Shown in pieces: positions 42,607-52,394 of a stretch of DNA of 64,000 bases (position 1 is the stretch's first letter; the number at the start of each line of letters is the position of its first letter). Below the pieces are notes generated by a model. The model was not told the DNA's origin. It was given only the letters and a program-made list of their open reading frames with translations, and did not search any database. The stretch covers positions 1 through 64,000 of IMG/VR virus record IMGVR_UViG_3300046787_000206; one strand, given 5' to 3'. This DNA is from a virus. A program made the translations under genes and the position numbers.

Positions 42607-45162
42607 ATGGATTTTGACCCAACCCTAAAGGGCGTATCCAAGGACCTCGAAAAGATTGTTTCTCTCCTCGGCAAATGGAGCGACATCAACAAGCGTGTTG
42701 CCGAAAGCACTAAGAAGGTTGTTCAAAGTGCTAACGGTGACGGCAAGATTGGTGTAGGAACTAACCGCATGATGGATGGCGCTATGGCGTCGTTCAGCGG
42801 TCTTGGCGACCAGTACAAACCTACCCGCAACTTGTTGCAGGCAGCAATGCCTTCAGCAAGTGCGGGGAAGGTCGCCATGGTCACTTCTGCTATTGGAAAT
42901 GCTCCGCAAATCCTTGGTGGAATGAACCAAATGATGCCTGACGTAGGCGAGACGTTTAACCGTATGCGTACGTCGTACAGCGCTCAGGTAGCTGGAGGAT
43001 TTGCCAGCCGAAAGATGTTTGAGTCTGCTACATTTAGCGCAATTGGGCAGAACAACCAGACTGGCCTTAACTCTGATGTACAGACTGGCCAGTACCTTGT
43101 AGGTAGAGGAATGAGCATTGGCTCTTCCACATTCAACCAGACACTTAAAACTGTCGGTGGAGTCTCGCAGTTCATGGGCATGTCTAACCAGGCTGCGGGA
43201 GCTGCCGTTGAAGGCCTGAGCTCAGGAGCTGGTTCTGCTGGTCTCCTTAAGAACTTTGGAATCTATACTGGAAATCCAGCTACTGGAGAATCTCTAAGTC
43301 CTAATCAGATTATCCAGCAAATTAAAGGCCGCTTGACTCAAGGTCGAGGAAAGTACACTACTGCAGACGTCCAGGACTCTCTACGTAAGGGTTCTCTTGG
43401 AGTAACCCTCCAGAACAGTGGACTTACTCCTGACCAGCAGTCAATGGTTGTTGCTGGACTTATGGGTGACGCAACAGACTCTACTACTGGCTCGATTGAC
43501 TTCGACAGCCAGGAATCAATGAGTGCTGCGTCTAAGAAACTTGGCGGTAACCCAGACCAGCCATTCATGAAGATTTTTGGTTCTCAGAACAAGGCCATGG
43601 GCAAGGCTGAGGACGCCTACGCAGCTGGCGCAGACGTAGCCGCTGCGAGCCTCACAGCCCTTAACGAGGCTGCTGGAACACTTGCACAGACATTCGGTGG
43701 CCTTACTGCAGCTATGGCCGTATTCGGCGGCGCACAGGTAGGTCAGGGAGCCATGAGCTTGCTCGGCGGAGCTGGTAATGTTGGCGCTACTGGCCTAATG
43801 AGCAAATATGGCGGAAAGCTCGGTGGCGCTGCTGGCGGAGCGGGTGGAATTGGCGGTATGCTCGGAAAGGCTGGCGGAGTTCTGAAGGGGGCTGGAGCAG
43901 TCGGTGGAGCTATTGGTGTTGGAGTAAATGCCATGAGCGCTTACGACAGTGCTAAGCAGGGCGCTGATGGTTGGAGTGTCGCAGGAAGTGCTCTAAGCGG
44001 AGCTGCTAGCGGTGCTTTAATGGGCGCAACTATCGGAAGTATCATCCCTGGTGTTGGAACCGCTGCTGGTGCCATTGCTGGAGGAATTATTGGCGCTGGA
44101 GCTAGCCTAATTGGCTCTTCTATGGGTGGTGCAGAACACGATGCTGCTGCGGGCACTGGAGCTGGTGGTGGACGTGCGAGCCTTATGGGCGGCGGATACA
44201 CAGGTGTTGGTGGTGGCGATAGCCAGGTAAACGGAACTAGCACCAAGCCGTTCCGCCTAGCTGTACCAGTTCGTAAGAACACTACCCCTACAGCTACCTT
44301 CGGACAAAAGGAGTATCAGGGCCAGACTCTATGGCCTAACGGCCACAACGGTGTTGACTACCCAGTAGGAGAAGGCACCCCAATCTACGCCTCGGCTGAT
44401 GGAGAGGTCTCCTTTGCTGGAGGAGGCCAGGGAGCTCAACTGGGTTTCCACATTATGATTAAGCACCCTAACAGCCCTGGCGGAAACATGCACACCGTGT
44501 ATGCTCACTTGAGCTCCGTCCAGGTTACCCAGGGACAGCAAGTTATGGCTGGCAGCCTAATCGGTCTTTCTGGAAAATCGGGTACCAAGATTACTGGTGC
44601 CCACTTGCACTTTGGTTTGTGTAGAAACGGAAACACCGCAAACTCACTTGACCCAGCCCCTTACATGGGTGGCGCAGTTCCCGCCAACACTCAAGAGGAT
44701 ACAGGACCAGCAGCAGCGGATTCTAACGCAGCAGCAGCTTCTGGAAGCGCTGGCAGCGGTACTGGAGCTATGTCTACCTCTCGTGACAGCCTTCCTGCCG
44801 CAAACGTTATCGGAAGCTCAGTGACATCTGGTGTATCAGGCATCTCTGGCAGCGCAACAACAATTGCAGGATTGATTGGTAGTAGCGGAGGCTCTACTGC
44901 TGGCGGAAGCATGTACGACGTTCCTGACGGAGCTGGTGCTGGTGGCGACAGCATGGCTGCTGGCGTTGCTGAAAGCTACGCTGGCTCTGGGGTTAGCTTG
45001 TCTTCCATGTCTGGTCGCAAATCATCTGGAGGTGGCGGTAACAACGTCACTATTAATCTGACCATTGGGCAGGCCTCTGAGGCAGAGGCCAGAAGGTTTG
45101 CAAAGCTAGTCAAGGGAATGCTTGAAAGCGAAGAACAACTTATGAGAGTAGGACGTGCGTAA
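42607..45162 (+). CDS. Tape measure protein with M23 peptidase domain
   Basis: Gly/Ala-rich with glycine zipper; HNGVD, YAHL, HLHF. Confidence 0.85.
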   Translation: MDFDPTLKGVSKDLEKIVSLLGKWSDINKRVAESTKKVVQSANGDGKIGVGTNRMMDGAMASFSGLGDQYKPTRNLLQAAMPSASAGKVAMVTSAIGNAPQILGGMNQMMPDVGETFNRMRTSYSAQVAGGFASRKMFESATFSAIGQNNQTGLNSDVQTGQYLVGRGMSIGSSTFNQTLKTVGGVSQFMGMSNQAAGAAVEGLSSGAGSAGLLKNFGIYTGNPATGESLSPNQIIQQIKGRLTQGRGKYTTADVQDSLRKGSLGVTLQNSGLTPDQQSMVVAGLMGDATDSTTGSIDFDSQESMSAASKKLGGNPDQPFMKIFGSQNKAMGKAEDAYAAGADVAAASLTALNEAAGTLAQTFGGLTAAMAVFGGAQVGQGAMSLLGGAGNVGATGLMSKYGGKLGGAAGGAGGIGGMLGKAGGVLKGAGAVGGAIGVGVNAMSAYDSAKQGADGWSVAGSALSGAASGALMGATIGSIIPGVGTAAGAIAGGIIGAGASLIGSSMGGAEHDAAAGTGAGGGRASLMGGGYTGVGGGDSQVNGTSTKPFRLAVPVRKNTTPTATFGQKEYQGQTLWPNGHNGVDYPVGEGTPIYASADGEVSFAGGGQGAQLGFHIMIKHPNSPGGNMHTVYAHLSSVQVTQGQQVMAGSLIGLSGKSGTKITGAHLHFGLCRNGNTANSLDPAPYMGGAVPANTQEDTGPAAADSNAAAASGSAGSGTGAMSTSRDSLPAANVIGSSVTSGVSGISGSATTIAGLIGSSGGSTAGGSMYDVPDGAGAGGDSMAAGVAESYAGSGVSLSSMSGRKSSGGGGNNVTINLTIGQASEAEARRFAKLVKGMLESEEQLMRVGRA

Positions 45163-46514
45163 TGGCCGATAGTCTACAAGACAATCTACGAAAGCTTAAA
45201 GCTGCGGGTGCTAAGAACGACTTGGTAGCAGCGTCTACTGACGCACGAGTTAAGCAAGCACAGTACTACCAGGTTCAGCCGCAGATTAATCAGCTCAACA
45301 TACAATTGCAGCAGTATCAGGATAGTAAGGTTGCTTCTGACAACACTGTACAGAACTACAATGCGCAAATTGCAGTGGCAGCCACTCCAGAAGAGAAGGC
45401 AGCACTAATCTCGGCGCAGGCCCCATACATACAGGCTTCAGGAGTATGGAAAGAAGCTATCGATGTGCTAAACAAGTACATCGGAGAAGTAAAGGCCAGC
45501 AATCGACCTCTCAAAAAAGAGACTCTGGCTAAGTTCGATAAATACATGGCTTCTGCTCCGCTTAAGACCATCATTAGAAATGATGTACCACAGATTAAGT
45601 ACAATGTGGGCAGCGTTAGAGAAGCCTACTTTAGTGGTAAAGAAGAGTTTATGGACGAACTCTCACCGCAGCCTGGAAACACCCCTGTCCAAGTCCGAAA
45701 TGCTGTGAACTTGTGGGCTGGAGGTAAGGCAAACAAGGGTATGATTCAAACCTGGACGCCTCCTTCTACTAACATCGGAATGAACGGGTCAGAGACCCCA
45801 GACATGATTGGTAAGCAGACCGCTCTGCGAGAGCCTCACGGGTTCCAGTTCCAGTACAATCCAACTAACATTTCTATGAGCTATCTAGGAAGTCCCTCGG
45901 TAGATATTACTTACCTAGCAAGCGGTAAAGACAAGTTTAACTTCATGGGAACTGGAGCGACTCAGAGCACCATTGGTTTCCAGATTTTGTTGAACCGAGT
46001 GTATGACATGAAGTACTACACCCCTGGCGGAAAGCTTCTTCCAAGCGCAAAGAACATATACTCTCCTCGTCAGCCAGATGAGGCTGAGCAAAAAGAGATT
46101 TATAACAAGGGCACCATGTACGACCTCGAGTTCTTGCTGCGCACACTTCTCGGAATAACTATGCCTAGCTACATGCGTGGCGGGGAGACTGCTGATATGG
46201 GCTTCGTGGCCGCTGTCCCAGTAGAGCTGCACTTGGGGCAGAGCCTTCGTTATTTGGTTTGGATTGGTGGCCTGACAGTAAATCACGTACTATTCAACGA
46301 GCGCATGGTTCCGCTATTCAGTACAGTCGATATTAGCTGTAACCGTATGCCTGACTTTGCTGCACTTAAAAGCGATAGTAACCCTGTGGCAAAGCTTGAT
46401 GCTAATGGAATGGCTGATGCCATGCAAAGAAACAAAGACGCTGCAGCTGACTTCCTTAAGGGACGAAATGGCAAGAGTACGTTTGTTAGCGCTAGTGACG
46501 CTACTGATAGCTAA
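45162..46514 (+). CDS. Baseplate/tube-initiator-like protein
   Basis: FQFQYNPTNIS motif; synteny. Confidence 0.6.
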   Translation: MADSLQDNLRKLKAAGAKNDLVAASTDARVKQAQYYQVQPQINQLNIQLQQYQDSKVASDNTVQNYNAQIAVAATPEEKAALISAQAPYIQASGVWKEAIDVLNKYIGEVKASNRPLKKETLAKFDKYMASAPLKTIIRNDVPQIKYNVGSVREAYFSGKEEFMDELSPQPGNTPVQVRNAVNLWAGGKANKGMIQTWTPPSTNIGMNGSETPDMIGKQTALREPHGFQFQYNPTNISMSYLGSPSVDITYLASGKDKFNFMGTGATQSTIGFQILLNRVYDMKYYTPGGKLLPSAKNIYSPRQPDEAEQKEIYNKGTMYDLEFLLRTLLGITMPSYMRGGETADMGFVAAVPVELHLGQSLRYLVWIGGLTVNHVLFNERMVPLFSTVDISCNRMPDFAALKSDSNPVAKLDANGMADAMQRNKDAAADFLKGRNGKSTFVSASDATDS

Positions 46515-46528
46515 GGAAGGTAACTAAC

Positions 46529-46804
46529 TTGATTTATACCGATAGCCGATACGCTAGTGGATTAATTTTTAAAGCGTACGACTCTAGAAAAGAGCAGTAT
46601 TCTGCGACTGTTCTCAGGCAGTTTCCTATTCAATCATCAGGGTTTTACCACTATACATGGACAGAACGAGACCGAATTGATGAGGTTGCACAGGAGTTTC
46701 TTGGCTCTGCATCATTCTGGTGGGTAATTATGGATTTCAATCCTGAGGTAATCGACCCATTTGATATTCCATTGGGAACAGTAATAAGGATTCCTAGTGT
46801 ATAG
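46529..46804 (+). CDS. LysM-like baseplate protein
   Basis: DRIDEVA.EFLG...WWVIMDFNP....P..IP.GTVIRIP. Confidence 0.8.
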   Translation: MIYTDSRYASGLIFKAYDSRKEQYSATVLRQFPIQSSGFYHYTWTERDRIDEVAQEFLGSASFWWVIMDFNPEVIDPFDIPLGTVIRIPSV

Positions 46805-48089
46805 CACCTCTTTTAAAAACTATAAGAGTACTGATTTTGAGATTGTGTTTCCTACGTTACCTGGATTTGACACAAAACCAGTTCAGGTAGACCTTCATCA
46901 GGGTGCGTATAAGCACGACATCATGCTAGTTCAGTTTCCTCAGGTAAGTGCTTTTTGGTTCAAGAGCCTTAATACTGGCGTACCAGTAATCTTTAGATGG
47001 TCTCAGGGAATACTTAAGAGGTCTTGGCAAGGATATGTGCATTCTGTATCTAAGAGTGTTGCTGGTCAACGTGATGCTCCATTTGAGCTAATGCTTATCG
47101 GTGCATCGATGCCTTTGAAAAACAGAGTTCAGAGAACCTTTAGAAATAAGACCATCCCGGAAGTGGCTGCTTTGATTGCTAGGGAGTTTAACTTGGCGTT
47201 TAGCATAGACGCTCATCCTAGACGCTTCTCTTACTTGGCTATCTCAGGGGAATCCTACTGGGAATGGCTATGTAAGTACGCACAGCAAATTGGCTACCAC
47301 GTATATGTGGACAACGCCACTCTGTTCTTTAAAAAAATAGATAACATACTTGATGAACGGTCTAAAGACGTAGCCATTATGAGTATGGCTTCTCCAGCTT
47401 TACCTATCAATAACCATCTTGTGGATAGAACTCTGTACAACTTTAAGGTTACTAACGGTGACTATATTGAAGGTACCGATGAAACTAGGGCCAATAAAGT
47501 AGTGTCGGGAGTAAACCCAATTACTAGCGCTCAGGTAACGTCTGTATACAGCCCTCGAGCTGTTGGAAAAGCTGTTAGGACCCAGCCTAAGGCCGTAATC
47601 TTTGATGACTATAAAACTGACTTAGTCTCTAACGATACCTCAGCCACAAAGGCAAATGCAGAAGGCTCGGCTTTGATGGCTAAAATGAACCTGCCAGCTA
47701 AGGTATTGGGTCAAGGAGACCCACGACTATCCCCATACTCTCTTGTGCAAATCACTGGTACTGGCGAACAAACCGATGGGTTCTGGGTCGTTAAAAACGT
47801 TAAGCACACTTTTGGTCGTGGAAGAAGCTACGACGTTGAGATTGACGTACTCAGTGATGGATTTGGCCCTAATGCCGTCAGCTCGTTTAGAGCTGGAAAC
47901 GCAACTAAAATTGGGATAATTGATGTAGACGCCATACTAGCTTCAGATGTGCCAACAACTAACGTAAGTAGAGTTGCTGCCACTATAAAGAACAAGCTTC
48001 CAATAATCATGGAGCAAGCAGTATCTTTTGAAGACAACCCAGTTATGTGGCAAGCAACATACGTGAGTCGGGAAGGATGCTGTAACTAA
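46797..48089 (+). CDS. Baseplate hub protein (gpD/gp27-like)
   Basis: ESYWEWL, GDPRL.P, DGFWVVKNVKH. Confidence 0.8.
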   Translation: MYSTSFKNYKSTDFEIVFPTLPGFDTKPVQVDLHQGAYKHDIMLVQFPQVSAFWFKSLNTGVPVIFRWSQGILKRSWQGYVHSVSKSVAGQRDAPFELMLIGASMPLKNRVQRTFRNKTIPEVAALIAREFNLAFSIDAHPRRFSYLAISGESYWEWLCKYAQQIGYHVYVDNATLFFKKIDNILDERSKDVAIMSMASPALPINNHLVDRTLYNFKVTNGDYIEGTDETRANKVVSGVNPITSAQVTSVYSPRAVGKAVRTQPKAVIFDDYKTDLVSNDTSATKANAEGSALMAKMNLPAKVLGQGDPRLSPYSLVQITGTGEQTDGFWVVKNVKHTFGRGRSYDVEIDVLSDGFGPNAVSSFRAGNATKIGIIDVDAILASDVPTTNVSRVAATIKNKLPIIMEQAVSFEDNPVMWQATYVSREGCCN

Positions 48090-48505
48090 TGGCTATAACG
48101 TCGAAACTAGAGTCAGCAGTGTCACTGCCGTTTGCCCTAGACGCATACGGAAATGTAAAAAAGACCTATGACCAATCCAAGATTTGGGCAGATAGAGTAC
48201 ACACAGTTATAGGTACTCTTAAAAAGGAAAGAGTCATGATTCCTGGATTTGGCACAGACATGCCAGGAAGCCTGTTTGAGACTCAGACCGTTACTGAAGA
48301 CATCATTAAACGAGAAGTTTTTAGTGCATTTGTTAACCATCTTGAGCAGCTAACTTTAGACAGTGTCGAAGTAGTCTTTGATGAGTACAACGACGCTATC
48401 ACAGCGGAAATAACTTACAGCCTTCCTAACCAGGAAAAGCTTATGACCACAATCGGTGTGGCAACAATTTCAGGAAACAAACTTATCGGTGAGGAACAAA
48501 TATGA
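48089..48505 (+). CDS. Baseplate wedge protein (gp25-like)
   Basis: T..KERVMIPGFG. Confidence 0.85.
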   Translation: MAITSKLESAVSLPFALDAYGNVKKTYDQSKIWADRVHTVIGTLKKERVMIPGFGTDMPGSLFETQTVTEDIIKREVFSAFVNHLEQLTLDSVEVVFDEYNDAITAEITYSLPNQEKLMTTIGVATISGNKLIGEEQI

Positions 48506-50355
48506 CCGCTGGAGTAAACCCAACACCACTATCCGTCGACTACACCAGTCGTGATTACTACGCCCTTCGTAATGACTTGATTACTCGTATGAAGAGCAGA
48601 CTCAGCGACTGGACTGGGGATGACCCAGCCGACTTTGGTCTAGCTATCATTGAGAGCTTTGCTTACATGGGTGACCTAATCAACTACTACATCGACCGTG
48701 TAGCAAACGAATCATTGATTGGAACAGCTACTCAGCGTCAGAGCATCATCAATATTGCTAAGACCTATGGATACTCTCCTTCAGGCTATCGTGCTGCGTA
48801 CATAGGCGTAGAGTTTAGCAATAGCGGAACTGTTGCTTACCTGGTACCTAAGGGAACTCAGCTTACTGCCAACGTTGCGTACAACGACTCTGTAGTTCAG
48901 GTACTCTTTACTACGTTGAGTGATGCAACAGTTCTTCCTGGGGACATCACTGAGGTTCAAGCTATCCAAGCAGAAGACATTTCTACTCGTGTTGAAAATT
49001 ATGACGCCAACCTAAGTGGTGAAAGACTAGGTGCTTCTGACGGTCAGCCAGACCAACAGTTTACTCTAAGTGAAAACAGGGTGGTGGATGACTCTGTAGA
49101 GGTCTGGGTTAAGAATGGAAACGTCTACGAAAAGTGGACCTCTGTTACCCACCTGACTGACTATGGACCAAAGGATTCTGTTTACCACCTTACTACTGAC
49201 TCTAACAACTATGTTTGTGTTAACTTTGGTGACGGTATCTCTGGAGCCATCCCTCCTAAGGATTCGGTTATCCGTGCTGTTTACAACAAGGGTGGCGGAG
49301 TAGTCGGTAACATTCCAGAGCGTTCGGTTCTAGACATCCACCAGCTATTCGACGTAGATGTCAACTTAGAGTATGAAATCCGTACTTACGTCACCGCAGC
49401 GGCTTCTTCCAAAGGTGCGGGAGGTACGGACCCTGAGGACAACGACAGCATCCGTAAGAATGCTCCACGTCTTCTAACCGCCCTTAATCGTGCAGTGTCT
49501 CTAAAGGACTTCGGCACTTTGGCTCTGGCAGTATCTAACGTAGGTAAGGCCAGCTCAGATGCTGCTATCTGGAACTCAGTTACCGTGTACATTGCTCCTC
49601 AGCAAACCTCTACTAGCTCGGATTTGTATCCAGGATACAACGGTACTCCTAACGTTATTGGGAACCTAACCCCATCATTCCTAGCTATGCAAGAGGCAGT
49701 AAAAAGCTATCTGAGTGACAAAGTTCAGATTGGGGCATCAGTAACTGTAAGCCCACCTACTTACGTACCAGTGGCTACGACTATTGAGTACACAAAGAAG
49801 CCTGGATACACTGCTGAAAAAGTAGAGGCTAACATTCGTTACGCTATTGCTAATACCTTCTCTTACAACGACATCGAGTTTGGTCAGGTAATCAGTGCTG
49901 AAGAAGTCGAGTCTCGTCTTCGTTACACTGATGGAGTAGCGACTCTTCGCCTTAAGTACTTGTACCGACTTGCTAGCGGAGTTATGAGCCGCTCAGTTCT
50001 AGTTGGAGCTAAGAATGAAATCTTTTCATTCAGCGACGGTGACGTAACTATTGATGAGCTATCGTCTGACTCTCTACTAGCAGCTACTACGGGACTTGTA
50101 AGCAGTACTGGTGCATTGAACCCTGCGTTCGTGCCTACTTTCTACAACTACAACATTACGTCTACCACAGCGACAATTACTTTGACACCTACTAGCGCAA
50201 CTGCTGGCCAGATTATCACAGTAAATGGAACTGTGGCTACTTCTGGTAGCGCAGTCACCATCAATACTCCTACAGGACTAACAGTAGTTACTGTGACAGT
50301 CCTTGCAGCTGATGGAATTACTAACACTACCTACGTAGTCAACATCACTCGATAG
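48502..50355 (+). CDS. Baseplate J/gp6-like wedge protein with C-terminal beta-sandwich
   Basis: DYTSRDY, FGDG..GAIP, GGTDPE, RAVSLKDF. Confidence 0.9.
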   Translation: MTAGVNPTPLSVDYTSRDYYALRNDLITRMKSRLSDWTGDDPADFGLAIIESFAYMGDLINYYIDRVANESLIGTATQRQSIINIAKTYGYSPSGYRAAYIGVEFSNSGTVAYLVPKGTQLTANVAYNDSVVQVLFTTLSDATVLPGDITEVQAIQAEDISTRVENYDANLSGERLGASDGQPDQQFTLSENRVVDDSVEVWVKNGNVYEKWTSVTHLTDYGPKDSVYHLTTDSNNYVCVNFGDGISGAIPPKDSVIRAVYNKGGGVVGNIPERSVLDIHQLFDVDVNLEYEIRTYVTAAASSKGAGGTDPEDNDSIRKNAPRLLTALNRAVSLKDFGTLALAVSNVGKASSDAAIWNSVTVYIAPQQTSTSSDLYPGYNGTPNVIGNLTPSFLAMQEAVKSYLSDKVQIGASVTVSPPTYVPVATTIEYTKKPGYTAEKVEANIRYAIANTFSYNDIEFGQVISAEEVESRLRYTDGVATLRLKYLYRLASGVMSRSVLVGAKNEIFSFSDGDVTIDELSSDSLLAATTGLVSSTGALNPAFVPTFYNYNITSTTATITLTPTSATAGQIITVNGTVATSGSAVTINTPTGLTVVTVTVLAADGITNTTYVVNITR

Positions 50356-50360
50356 GAATC

Positions 50361-51197
50361 ATGAGCCACTCAAGAGAACACGGTAGGTTCTACGGGACCT
50401 ACCGTGGAATCGTATTTGACAACAGGGACCCGTCTAACCTGGGTCGCCTGCGAGTCACTATACCTCAGCTCCTTGGCTCTACTCCGACTGAGTGGGCCTG
50501 GCCTAAAGAAACCTCTTATCTAAAACCTGAAAAGCCACCCGTAGGTCAGGGTGTGTGGATTGCGTTTGAAGGTGGAGACCCACTATTCCCTGTATGGATT
50601 GGTACGTTCGGAAAGAACAACCAAGATAACAAGCCGCTGTATCTAAAACCACTTGATAACTCAGAAGACATTTCAGATGTAACTGACCTTCTCGCACTTA
50701 ACAACAGCGATAGAGAAGTAGACGTTACTCAAACACTGCTGAACATTGCTAGAAACCGTTACTACGGGTCGTTTTACAGCACAGCCTCACAGACAGCTGT
50801 GCTGGCAAACTCAGCGTATGCGGTGCCACTTAACGTAGTAGATGCAGCAAATGGAATAAGTCTTGTAAACGGAAACACTGTTCGGATAGAGCACAATGGC
50901 GTATACAACATGGCTTTCTCCATCCAGTTTGCTGCAAGCAATAGCTCAGAACACACAGTGAACATTTGGCTTAGACACCAGGGCGTAGACGTCCCATTCT
51001 CAGCATCTAGAATCTTGTTTAAGGGCCATACGATTGCTGCTTGGAACTTCTTCCTAACCAACGATACTGAGCCACAGGATTGGCAGCTCATGTGGTCTTG
51101 TGGAACCGCAGATGCGGTGTCAATCTCTACTATCGCCGCATCAGGACCTGTGCCAGAAATTCCTGGAGTCATCATGACGGTCAACAAAGTCAGGTAG
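50361..51197 (+). CDS. Baseplate spike (gpV/gp5 OB-fold) with extra C-terminal domain
   Basis: YRGIV.DN.DP..LGRLRV.IP, GVWIAFEGGD. Confidence 0.85.
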   Translation: MSHSREHGRFYGTYRGIVFDNRDPSNLGRLRVTIPQLLGSTPTEWAWPKETSYLKPEKPPVGQGVWIAFEGGDPLFPVWIGTFGKNNQDNKPLYLKPLDNSEDISDVTDLLALNNSDREVDVTQTLLNIARNRYYGSFYSTASQTAVLANSAYAVPLNVVDAANGISLVNGNTVRIEHNGVYNMAFSIQFAASNSSEHTVNIWLRHQGVDVPFSASRILFKGHTIAAWNFFLTNDTEPQDWQLMWSCGTADAVSISTIAASGPVPEIPGVIMTVNKVR

Positions 51198-51257
51198 TTG
51201 AGCCAGTAACTGGAGGGCAAACCAGAGAAAATAGAAGTTGAAACTTAAGGAGCCGAG

Positions 51258-52055
51258 ATGGCAGCTAGATACCCAAGCGCAGCAATGCAGTTTGACTATC
51301 GTCAAAATGTCACAGACCTAATTCAGGCGCAAGATGTTAACGTCCTTTATGACGAGGCGATAGCTGTAGGTACCGTACTTGGCCTTACCCCTAACGTAAG
51401 CGACACCTGGGGCAGCGGCTCATTTGTCTCTACAACTACTTCTTGGACTACTGTAAAGGCTCGTCTACAGAACATCGAATACGGAGTATTCACCGCATTT
51501 AACAGCCGTGTAAAGACTGACGGTGGAAGCACCATTACTCCAGGAGCAGTGGGAACCAAGGGCCTAGTAATCAAGGCACAATCTGGACAGACCGCTAACC
51601 TGTTCGAGTCTCAGGCCTCAGGCTCAACTACAGCTGTAACAGCAATCAATAGCTCGGGTGTTTTGTACCACAATGGAGCTGTAGTAGCTACTTTGAGCAA
51701 CGCAGAAACTTTGAGCAACAAGACTCTTTCTAGCTCGGTTATTAGCGGCTCTACTAATACCTTCTCAAACATTCCAGTAGCAGCAGTAATCACCTCTGGA
51801 ACCACAAACATTCAGCAGTATGTAGATGCCAAGGCCAACATCTTCTGGCAGACTTCAGCACCTACCAGCCCTAAGGATGGCGACATCTGGGTTGACAGTG
51901 ACTCGACTCCTAGCGCATTCGATGCTACCTCGTTCCTAACCGCAACAAGTCCATCAGTCACTACTGGCTTTGGTTACCGACGAATTACAGCATCTACCTC
52001 AGCACCACTTTCATCTGACGGAGCAGACGGCGACGTCTGGCTTCAGTATATCTAG
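51258..52055 (+). CDS. Tail fibre-like protein
   Basis: AETLSNKTL, APTSPKDGDIW, GADGDVWLQY. Confidence 0.65.
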   Translation: MAARYPSAAMQFDYRQNVTDLIQAQDVNVLYDEAIAVGTVLGLTPNVSDTWGSGSFVSTTTSWTTVKARLQNIEYGVFTAFNSRVKTDGGSTITPGAVGTKGLVIKAQSGQTANLFESQASGSTTAVTAINSSGVLYHNGAVVATLSNAETLSNKTLSSSVISGSTNTFSNIPVAAVITSGTTNIQQYVDAKANIFWQTSAPTSPKDGDIWVDSDSTPSAFDATSFLTATSPSVTTGFGYRRITASTSAPLSSDGADGDVWLQYI

Positions 52056-52064
52056 GAGATATAA

Positions 52065-52382
52065 ATGGCAAAATACGCATACGTATGGAACTCAGCAACA
52101 TCTTCGTGGGAGTCTCTGGCTACTCAGCTTCCTAAGGTACCTGTTGCCACCAAGTCTGGCTCAGAAAGTGTAGCTATTACAGCTAACCCAACGACCAGCA
52201 CCATCTCCTTGGGAAGCGGCACGTTCACTATTGCCCCACTAATCTTTACTCAGCTGACTTCAACAGCTGGAGTGACTATTTCAGTTACTGCAAAAACCAC
52301 AACAAGTTTCACTGTTTCAATTGCTGGCCAGACCAGCGGCACAGCTACTTTTGACTGGTTCGCAGTACAGCAGACTGCATAG
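52065..52382 (+). CDS. Small fibre-tip-like beta protein
   Basis: KTTTSFTV...FDWFAV. Confidence 0.6.
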   Translation: MAKYAYVWNSATSSWESLATQLPKVPVATKSGSESVAITANPTTSTISLGSGTFTIAPLIFTQLTSTAGVTISVTAKTTTSFTVSIAGQTSGTATFDWFAVQQTA

Positions 52383-52394
52383 GAGTAACTTCTC

